Assembly: GCA_038851325.1 (NCBI GenBank)
Contig: JAWCKZ010000014.1
Span: 1 to 18,217 of the forward strand
Source of the DNA: Candidatus Bilamarchaeaceae archaeon
GTDB lineage: Archaea; Micrarchaeota; Micrarchaeia; Anstonellales; Bilamarchaeaceae
Direction of reading: 5' to 3'
Length of the DNA stretch: 18,217 nucleotides
Within the stretch, counting starts at the first letter, position 1; every line of letters begins with the position of its first letter. The notes under the pieces are model-generated. The model had not been told where the DNA came from and searched no databases. It saw only the letters and a list, made by a program, of their open reading frames with translations. Shown piece by piece: positions 1 through 6,194 of the stretch. A program made the position numbers and the translations under genes.

Positions 1-102
1 TTTAGGGCTAATTCTGATTCCCTCCCTAAAACGCAGGGAGGGGGCTGATGTTTTCTCCTATTCCCCTCCCTTCATTTTTAGGGCTAATTCTGATTCCCTC
101 CC
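1..102. repeat. Direct repeat of 26 bp (TTTAGGGCTAATTCTGATTCCCTCCC), two copies 76 bp apart; may continue beyond the left edge
   Basis: Identical 26-mers at 1-26 and 77-102. CCCTCCCT (20-27) and AGGGAGGG (35-42) form an 8-bp hairpin. Confidence 0.9.
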
Positions 103-184
103 CTTCTGTTTATTTATGTTTGTTTATTTATCTTTTTGTTTGTTTTATGTTTTTGTTTTGCGCCGATTTTATTTCAGAAGAAAA

Positions 185-438
185 CCACGACTGCCGTGGC
201 CTGAGAAAAACATAAGCCCACGGCACCTTGAAAACATTTAGAAAACAGAGAAAACAGAAAGAAACTTAAGAAACCAGTAAGAAAACCTAAATAGTAAGAA
301 AACCTCCCACGACTGCCGTGGCCTGAGAGAAACATAAGCCCACGGCACCTTGAAAACATTTAGAAAACAGAGAAAACAGAAAGAAACTTAAGAAGACAGT
401 AAGAAAACCTCCACGACTGCCGTGGCCTGAGAGAAACA
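185..438. repeat. Tandem repeat with 104-122 bp units (two full copies and one partial), each with a GC-rich hairpin and an A-rich tract
   Basis: Units start CCACGACTGCCGTGGCCTGAGA at 185, 307 and 411. Stem TGCCGTGG/CCACGGCA. The length difference is mostly a duplicated AGTAAGAAAACCT (276-288, 293-305). Confidence 0.93.
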
Positions 439-458
439 GCAAATGAGACGCAGTAAAG

Positions 459-530
459 AGCCCCCGGAGGGATTTGAACCCCCGACATTCCGCTTACGAA
501 GCGGACGCTCTACCGCTGAGCTACGGAGGC
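459..530 (-). tRNA. tRNA-Thr(CGT), no intron, no encoded CCA
   Basis: Reverse complement folds as a cloverleaf: acceptor GCCTCCG/CGGGGGC, anticodon arm TCCGC-TT CGT AA-GCGGA, T-loop TTCAAAT, discriminator U. Confidence 0.96.
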
Positions 531-532
531 AA

Positions 533-663
533 CGCCGAGGAGGAGATTTGAACTCCTAACCCTGTTAAGGGACCAGATCGCATGCTCTTAATAAATTCTT
601 TTTGAGCCTCAAGTCTGGCGCACTACCGGATTGCACGGTTAACCTCCTTTATGCGACCTCGGC
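533..663 (-). tRNA. tRNA-Ser(TGA) with two introns: 18 nt at 15/16 (631-648) and 29 nt at 37/38 (579-607)
   Basis: Acceptor GCCGAGG/CCTCGGC, discriminator G, variable arm CCCT-TAAC-AGGG, T arm AGGAG-TTCAAAT-CTCCT. Removing both inserts gives D arm GCAT-AATCCGGTA-GTGC and anticodon arm CCAGA-CT TGA GA-TCTGG. Confidence 0.92.
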
Positions 664-709
664 AAAACCTGAACGAATCGTCGTTCAAGTAAACACCACC
701 GAATGAAAT

Positions 710-793
710 TGCAGGGGGCAGGGTTCGAACCTGCGAAGACACTAAGTCACAGGGTCCTAAACCCTGCGCGTTTGACCACTTCGCTACCCCTGC
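710..793 (-). tRNA. tRNA-Leu(TAG), no intron
   Basis: Acceptor GCAGGGG/CCCCTGC, anticodon arm CAGGG-TT TAG GA-CCCTG, long variable arm, T arm GCAGG-TTCGAAC-CCTGC, discriminator A. Confidence 0.96.
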
Positions 794-883
794 GAGCCTT
801 TCCTCAACTGAAGAAAGAGGATAATAATCTCCATCGCCAATTCTTTTTTAATCTTTGCCTGCTAATAAAGGGCTGGTGGGCAC

Positions 884-2119
884 ATGCTAAAAGGCACGGA
901 CATTCAGATATATGAACTTATAAAAAAAGAGGAGGAGTACCAAAAAAATACTCTTAGGCTTATCGCATCTGAAAACTATGCTAGCAAGGCTGTGCTTGAG
1001 GCAACAGGTTCTGTTTTAACAAACAAATACGCAGAAGGATATCCCGGCAAACGATATTACGCAGGAAATAAGTATGTTGACGAGATTGAAACAATCGCGA
1101 TAGAGCGCGCTAAGAAGCTTTTTGGAATGCCACATGCAAATGTGCAACCACACGCAGGCGCATCCGCTAACCTGGCAGCATTTTTTGCCTTTCTTGAACT
1201 TGGCGATAAATTTATGGGCTTGGAGCTGCCTCATGGCGGTCATCTAACTCATGGCTCTCCGGTTAATTTTTCTGGTAGATGGTTTAAAGTTATCGCGTAT
1301 GGTGTCGATAAAGAAACAGAAGCCCTTGATTACGACGCGATAAGAAAAAAAGCAAAAGAAGAGAAGCCAAAACTAATAATCTGCGGTTATACGGCATATC
1401 CGCTTATAATAGATTTCAAGGAATTCAGAGAAATATGCGATGAAGTTGGTGCCGTCATGATGGCTGACATAAGTCATTTTGCAGGGTTGGTTGCAGGTGG
1501 AGTCTATCCTTCTCCAGCAGGTTACGCAGATGTAATAACAACGACAACACACAAAACGCTTCGCGGACCTAGAGGCGCAATAATTATGGGCGGCGATGAG
1601 GAAAAAGGAAAACTAATTGATAAAGCAGTATTTCCTGGTCTGCAGGGTGGGCCATTAGAGCATGTAATCGCAGCAAAGGCAGTGTGCTTTCATGAAGCTA
1701 TGCAACCATCCTTTAAGGAGTATGCTAAAAAGATAGTGGAGAACGCAAAGACTCTTGCTGAGGAGTTAGCAGCGCACGGGCTAAGACTTGTTGCAGGAAG
1801 AACAGAGACTCATCTAATCCTTCTTGACCTCACTCCAAAAGGAATAACAGGTAAAGATGCGCAGAGCGCATTGGAGGAAGCAGGCATAATTGTGAACAGA
1901 AACACCATCCCATTTGATACTAGAAGTCCATTCATAACGAGTGGACTGAGGCTTGGAACACCTGCTTTGACAACAAGAGGAATGGGCAAGAGTGAGATGC
2001 GGTACATCGCAGAGCTTATAGTAAAGGTAATCGATGCTCCGAATGATAGTGAATTAAAATTGAGAATAAGAGGAGAAGTAGAAGAACTCTGCAAGAGATT
2101 CCCCATATACAAAGAGTAA
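884..2119 (+). CDS. glyA: Serine hydroxymethyltransferase (bacterial-type), 411 aa
   Basis: Motifs [34 protein letters not shown]-lysine motif [30 protein letters not shown]-like GGTGG at 875-879. Confidence 0.98.
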   Translation: MLKGTDIQIYELIKKEEEYQKNTLRLIASENYASKAVLEATGSVLTNKYAEGYPGKRYYAGNKYVDEIETIAIERAKKLFGMPHANVQPHAGASANLAAFFAFLELGDKFMGLELPHGGHLTHGSPVNFSGRWFKVIAYGVDKETEALDYDAIRKKAKEEKPKLIICGYTAYPLIIDFKEFREICDEVGAVMMADISHFAGLVAGGVYPSPAGYADVITTTTHKTLRGPRGAIIMGGDEEKGKLIDKAVFPGLQGGPLEHVIAAKAVCFHEAMQPSFKEYAKKIVENAKTLAEELAAHGLRLVAGRTETHLILLDLTPKGITGKDAQSALEEAGIIVNRNTIPFDTRSPFITSGLRLGTPALTTRGMGKSEMRYIAELIVKVIDAPNDSELKLRIRGEVEELCKRFPIYKE

Positions 2120-2121
2120 GA

Positions 2122-2335
2122 TGCAGGGGGAAGGATTTGAACCTTCGGAGGCCCTAAGGCCACAGGATCTCACAATGCCGTTGAGCGGCCTTTAACTTTG
2201 CCCTCAAAAATCGGACAAAAGTTACTTAAGTCCTGCGCATTTAGCCACCCTGAGGAAAAACCTCGGGCCCTTTTTCAAGAGCTTTGGTGTTTTAAAGATT
2301 GGACCGAAAGCCTGACCTGGCTTTGCTACCCCTGC
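2122..2335 (-). tRNA. tRNA-Leu(TAA), 214-nt gene with two long introns: 71 nt at about 21/22 (2241-2311) and 56 nt at 37/38 (2169-2224)
   Basis: 5' exon GCAGGGGTAGCAAAGCCAGGTCAG (2335-2312), middle exon ATGCGCAGGACTTAAG (2240-2225), 3' exon ATCCTG...GAAGG-TTCAAAT-CCTTC-CCCCTGC-A (2168-2122). The acceptor stem is identical to tRNA-Leu(TAG) at 710-793, and the spliced product aligns with it. Confidence 0.9.
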
Positions 2336-3438
2336 GCTCTGCCCTCTATAATCTCCATCAGATACGTCTCAGCTATATCTGGTTCTTCTATAAGTTTTTC
2401 AAATAACTCTGATGGTTTAAAAAGTTTTATCTTATCCCCGATCCTTTTTTCGAGTTGCATCCTTCCAAACTCCTTTATGGATATGTTTGACTCGGATATC
2501 TTTTTTATCTCTTCTATCCTCTCTTTTATGTCTGCCACGTTCAATTCATTTGTAATAAACACGAGTGGATCGTCCACTCTTAATCTTATATCGGACGCTC
2601 TTAGCCCCTCTCTTAGCGAACCTGTGAGTTTTAAAGCAATTATCGCGTCCCGCCAACCACTTCTTATCTCATCTATCCTTGATGCGATGGTTGAAACTAC
2701 GTCTCTTTCAGAAGCGCCTGAGAAACGAAGCTCCTCATAAAAAAATTTTCTAGTTGGTATCTCAACAAACTCAAGTTTTCGTGTGACAGTATCAAATAAA
2801 TAATAACCTTTGGCTTGGGTCTCCTCCTTTTTCAATTGTGTTATTACCGTACTTCCTGGTATGACAAGCTTTCCGCCGAGTTTGACATGTTTTGCGTGGA
2901 TATGACCATTTATGATAAGGTCAAAAGGAAGCTTGCTCAAAAAATCTAGCGAAACGCCAGTTTGATTCACAAGTTCGTTTACATTTTGATGGATTACGAA
3001 TATTCTAAAGCCTTCTTGCGAAGGCGTAAAATTGCCTACGAGTTTTGCTATGGTCTCTTCTGCGTATTCTTCTGGAACGCTTCCTATTCCCATCACAGTT
3101 ATTCTCTCGTTATTCTTTTCGAATGTATACTCTGACGAAGAGAGGTAGATAACAGCACCTGCTGATGCGAGAACACTGATAGGGTTGTCGAAACCTTTTG
3201 TTCTTCTCTCATGATTTCCATGTATAGCGATTGTTGGAACAGTCAAACTTTTGAAAATCTCAACTGCTTTTTTTATCGTCTCAAGCTTTGGTATTCTTGA
3301 GTCAAATATATCCCCCGCCACTATCACGATGTCAGCTTTGTTTGAGGCATCACGCAAAGCGCGTTCTGCTTGAATATACGAGTCTTCCTCAAACCTTGAA
3401 TAGCCAAGATGAAGGTCGCCAAGTATCCCTATCTTCAT
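2326..3438 (-). CDS. mre11: Mre11/SbcD-family DNA repair nuclease, 370 aa
   Basis: Calcineurin-like phosphoesterase motifs GDLHLG, AGDIFD, HGNHE, NGHIH, IPGS, followed by a capping domain and helical C-terminus. Confidence 0.9.
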   Translation of the reverse strand: MKIGILGDLHLGYSRFEEDSYIQAERALRDASNKADIVIVAGDIFDSRIPKLETIKKAVEIFKSLTVPTIAIHGNHERRTKGFDNPISVLASAGAVIYLSSSEYTFEKNNERITVMGIGSVPEEYAEETIAKLVGNFTPSQEGFRIFVIHQNVNELVNQTGVSLDFLSKLPFDLIINGHIHAKHVKLGGKLVIPGSTVITQLKKEETQAKGYYLFDTVTRKLEFVEIPTRKFFYEELRFSGASERDVVSTIASRIDEIRSGWRDAIIALKLTGSLREGLRASDIRLRVDDPLVFITNELNVADIKERIEEIKKISESNISIKEFGRMQLEKRIGDKIKLFKPSELFEKLIEEPDIAETYLMEIIEGRAQG

Positions 3439-3452
3439 ACTGAAAAAATACA

Positions 3453-3469
3453 GAAAACATATTTAAAAA
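3453..3469. promoter_or_regulatory. Bidirectional archaeal TATA element serving mre11 (-) and the small ORF/tRNA-Ile unit (+)
   Basis: TATTTAAAAA reads TTTAAAAA on + (from 3462) and TTTAAATA on - (from 3467). Each lies exactly 29 nt before an ATG (3491 and 3438). Purine-rich GAAAAC (BRE-like) at 3453-3458. Confidence 0.7.
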
Positions 3470-3490
3470 TAGAACTGCTCATCTTAGTTC

Positions 3491-3571
3491 ATGGTCGTGG
3501 AGATAGCCATCTATTCTATCCTAGTTGCCATTGTGCTAGTCGTAACCTATCTCCTAACCAGAAATCCATGA
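3491..3571 (+). CDS. Putative 26-aa single-transmembrane microprotein MVVEIAIYSILVAIVLVVTYLLTRNP (not in the ORF track)
   Basis: ATG 29 nt after the TATA box (leaderless geometry), an uninterrupted 19-residue uncharged hydrophobic stretch followed by R, and TGA ending 1 nt before tRNA-Ile. Confidence 0.6.
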   Translation: MVVEIAIYSILVAIVLVVTYLLTRNP

Positions 3572-3572
3572 C

Positions 3573-3665
3573 GGGCCCGTAGCTCAGCCAGGCTAGAGCG
3601 TTCGACTGATAACGCTTGGTGCGATAGAAATCGAAAGGTCTGGAGTTCAAATCTCCACGGGCCCA
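3573..3665 (+). tRNA. tRNA-Ile(GAT) with an 18-nt intron at 37/38 (3612-3629)
   Basis: Acceptor GGGCCCG/CGGGCCC plus A, D arm GCTC/GAGC, anticodon arm TTCGA-CT GAT A[intron]A-TCGAA, T arm TGGAG-TTCAAAT-CTCCA. The intron contains a CGC/GCG mini-stem. Confidence 0.95.
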
Positions 3666-3706
3666 TTAACAAAATATTAATAAATGATTAAGGCTTAATT
3701 TTTTTG

Positions 3707-4948
3707 ATGGAGAGGCCAACGCTTATATTGTGTATAGATAGGGACAATGACCTTTACGAAAAGGCGAAGATTAGCGGACCAGTTATAGGAAGGGATAGGA
3801 ATCTTCTTGCGGTCACAAAACTCGGTCTTGCGGATCCCGAAGACAGCGATGTAAACGCCATTCTTGCCGCAATCAGAATATATGATAAAATGAAAAGCGA
3901 GGGTAAAGCCGTAGAGATAGCAACGTTAACCGGAGACAAGAGACTGGGATATGAAGCGGATAAAAGAATAAGCACGCAACTCGAGAAAATAATAACCGAA
4001 CGAAATCCAGAATCAGCAGTTCTTGTAACAGATGGGGCATCGGATGAAGAGGTTTTTCCAATAATAAAATCCAGAATAAAAATAGATTCTACAAAGATAG
4101 TCATCGTAAAACAGTCAAAAGAATTGGAGAAAACATATTTTATTCTTCTGGAAAAGCTCAAGGATCCGTATTACGCAAAAATACTCATAGGTATACCTGC
4201 ACTCCTTATCCTTCTTTTCTCAGCGGCTGACTATCTTGGAGTTGGTTGGCAGCCAGTAGGTATCGTTATAGGCGCCTATCTTATTGCAAGGATGATGGGC
4301 ATCGATGAAGTGATCGGAAGCGCCATAAGGGATTTTCGTTTTTCGATAGAAAAAACAAGCTGGCTTGGCTATCTGGCAGGATTTACTCTTTTCTTGATAG
4401 CACTAATAGTCGGGTATCAAAATTTTGAAGGAGGGCTGGAAGCGCGCTTAAGCAGCGAAAAGCTTGTTGCATACGTACTCCAGGGAGTGCTCTGGCCCCT
4501 GCTCGCATCATTCGTTTTTATAATCGTTGGAAAAAGTATGGATGCAATGGCTGAAAAAAAAGTGTATAAACTCACAAAATACTCGATGTATCTGATAGGA
4601 GCAATACTAACAGCAATGCTTCTTAAGATAGGCACAAGTTGGGTGCTTAATATAAGAGAACCGTATGTAAGTTTCGGAGATTTTCTTCTTGCTATAGTCG
4701 TTGCCATCTTTCTCGGGTACATAAGCACATTGGTTATTTCTTGGATAAAGTTTGATGTCATAAAAAGAATGAAAATAGATGGTAAGGAAGTCGTAACAAG
4801 CGATGGCAGTCTTGTTGGGAAGATAGTTGGTATCGATGTAAAGAACGAAAAACTTGTTGTTCAAGGAGTGCTCGAAAAGAAATACGGCTACCCGTTTTCG
4901 TCCATTCTCGCTGTAGATGAAAAGGTTGTCATAAAGCTGGAGGGCTAG
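3707..4948 (+). CDS. DUF373-family archaeal membrane protein with a C-terminal PRC-barrel-like domain
   Basis: N-terminal LILCIDRDNDL, DPEDSDVNA, VTDGASDE and VKQS motifs typical of DUF373, about 6 TM segments, tail GKEVVTSDGSLVGKIVGI. ATG 3707 preferred (TATA-like TTAATAAA at 3677-3684); TTG 3704 is the alternative. Confidence 0.85.
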   Translation: MERPTLILCIDRDNDLYEKAKISGPVIGRDRNLLAVTKLGLADPEDSDVNAILAAIRIYDKMKSEGKAVEIATLTGDKRLGYEADKRISTQLEKIITERNPESAVLVTDGASDEEVFPIIKSRIKIDSTKIVIVKQSKELEKTYFILLEKLKDPYYAKILIGIPALLILLFSAADYLGVGWQPVGIVIGAYLIARMMGIDEVIGSAIRDFRFSIEKTSWLGYLAGFTLFLIALIVGYQNFEGGLEARLSSEKLVAYVLQGVLWPLLASFVFIIVGKSMDAMAEKKVYKLTKYSMYLIGAILTAMLLKIGTSWVLNIREPYVSFGDFLLAIVVAIFLGYISTLVISWIKFDVIKRMKIDGKEVVTSDGSLVGKIVGIDVKNEKLVVQGVLEKKYGYPFSSILAVDEKVVIKLEG

Positions 4949-4965
4949 TAAATTGTATCCTCGCT

Positions 4966-6057
4966 CTAAAATTCTTCAAGCACTCTCTGCCCTTTTCTGC
5001 TTTCTAAGTACTCCACACGCACCCCAACGCGTCTTAGCTGAGGTTGTAATTTTTTAAGGAGTTCTGCGTAGAGCATGCGTGCGGTTTTTTCTATAACCGC
5101 TCTATCTTGGGTCGAATGAAGCAGCATTCGTGCTTTCGTATGAGCCTGCATGTTCACGTCAACAGCGTTTATCCCTACGACTTTGCAAGCAAGTTCTTCC
5201 CTTCTAAGCTCTTGTGTTATCTCATCTATTTGTTCTCTAAGCGCTGTCATAATCGTCGTGAGGTCTTTTGTTGGCTCTTTTAAAGTCCTAATCCTGCTTA
5301 TTTGTTTTTGCTCTTCAAGAGCACCTACGGGCGAATCGTCTATTCCACGTGCGGCCCTGTAGAGCCAACTGCCAATAATCCTTCCGAATTCTTCTACTAA
5401 AATCGTTGGGTCCACTGCCCTGAGTTCCCTAATCGTTCGTATTCCTTTACTTTCAAAATACTCTTTTGTTTTCTTTCCTATCCCAGGAATATCGCTTACT
5501 GGAAGAGGGTCAAGGAATTCCTGAACCTTGCCTTCAGGAACGACCGTCAAGCCATCGGGCTTTTTGAAACTGCTTGCTATTTTTGCAACAAGCTTGTTCG
5601 GCCCGATTCCGATTGAGCACGTCAGTTTGTATTTTGCAAGGATGTCGGCCTTGAGTCGTTTCGCAATCTCCTCTGCCTTTCTGTAATCGCCGTTGCATTT
5701 CCCGCTCAAATCAAGGAAGAATTCGTCAATGGACGCCTGTTCGAATGCATCGCCGTAGCGCATGACCAGCTCAGCAATGCCAAACGAAAGCCGCTCGTAA
5801 AGCTCGTAGTTTCCAGGAAGGAAAATCGCGTCCTTCCCGTGCGCTAACTTCCTTGCCTCAAAAATTGGCATTCCTGATCGAATGCCAAATGCTCGCGCAG
5901 AATAATTTGCAGTTGAAACAACCCCGCGCCCGCGCTCGGCGTCTGTATACACACAAACAATAATCGGTTTGCCTGCATACTCAGGGTGCTCACGCTCCTC
6001 TGCCTGCGCGAAAAAGTAGTCTAGGTCAAGATGCAGAACGACGCGCTGTTTGTCCAT
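4966..6057 (-). CDS. dinB: Y-family DNA polymerase IV (DinB/Dpo4), 363 aa
   Basis: HLDLDYFFAQ, TANYSARAFGIRSGMP, ASIDEFFLD, SIGIGPNKLVAKIAS, KPDG, IPGIG, and a C-terminal PIP-box-like QRVLEEF. Confidence 0.97.
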   Translation of the reverse strand: MDKQRVVLHLDLDYFFAQAEEREHPEYAGKPIIVCVYTDAERGRGVVSTANYSARAFGIRSGMPIFEARKLAHGKDAIFLPGNYELYERLSFGIAELVMRYGDAFEQASIDEFFLDLSGKCNGDYRKAEEIAKRLKADILAKYKLTCSIGIGPNKLVAKIASSFKKPDGLTVVPEGKVQEFLDPLPVSDIPGIGKKTKEYFESKGIRTIRELRAVDPTILVEEFGRIIGSWLYRAARGIDDSPVGALEEQKQISRIRTLKEPTKDLTTIMTALREQIDEITQELRREELACKVVGINAVDVNMQAHTKARMLLHSTQDRAVIEKTARMLYAELLKKLQPQLRRVGVRVEYLESRKGQRVLEEF

Positions 6058-6066
6058 ATACCAACC

Positions 6067-6185
6067 TTACTTATAAGTTGTTTCAGAACGGCGCTCTATT
6101 TTCAGCACATAAATTTTATGCTGGATTTCATCAAACTCTCGTAATCCTTTTTTGCCCTGTTGTTTCCAAAATAAATCTCAAACAA
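6067..6185 (-). pseudogene. RelE/ParE-family toxin remnant with an internal deletion and frameshift
   Basis: TTG start after SD-like GAGGCGG gives MFEIYFGNNRAKKDYESL (RelE-like first strand and helix). A different frame directly gives DEIQHKIYVLKIERRSETTYK* (RelE-like C-terminus). The central part of a roughly 90-aa RelE is missing. Confidence 0.75.
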
Positions 6186-6194
6186 CAGACCGCC

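Noticed and set aside
174..359. 61-aa ORF on the - strand
   Set aside because: Phe/Leu/Ser-rich translation of the low-complexity repeat.
185..438. CRISPR array
   Set aside because: The sequence between the palindromic cores is nearly identical between units rather than unique spacers, units exceed 100 bp, and no cas genes are in the window.
185..458. Hammerhead or HDV-like (theta) ribozyme in the tRNA trailer repeats
   Set aside because: CTGAGA(A/G) does not fit the CUGANGA core with the required three stems, and I could not build an HDV-type nested pseudoknot at the tRNA-Thr 3' end.
703..915. 70-aa ORF on the + strand
   Set aside because: Antisense to tRNA-Leu(TAG) and overlapping the glyA start.
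2163..2235. Alternative splicing giving anticodon TGA (Ser) instead of TAA
   Set aside because: Discriminator A, acceptor stem and D arm match tRNA-Leu, the 37/38 register has better BHB support, and a Ser(TGA) gene exists at 533-663.
2169..2311. Box C/D guide RNA within the tRNA-Leu introns
   Set aside because: No RUGAUGA or CUGA boxes; only a weak CCGA...UGAGGG in the 56-nt intron.
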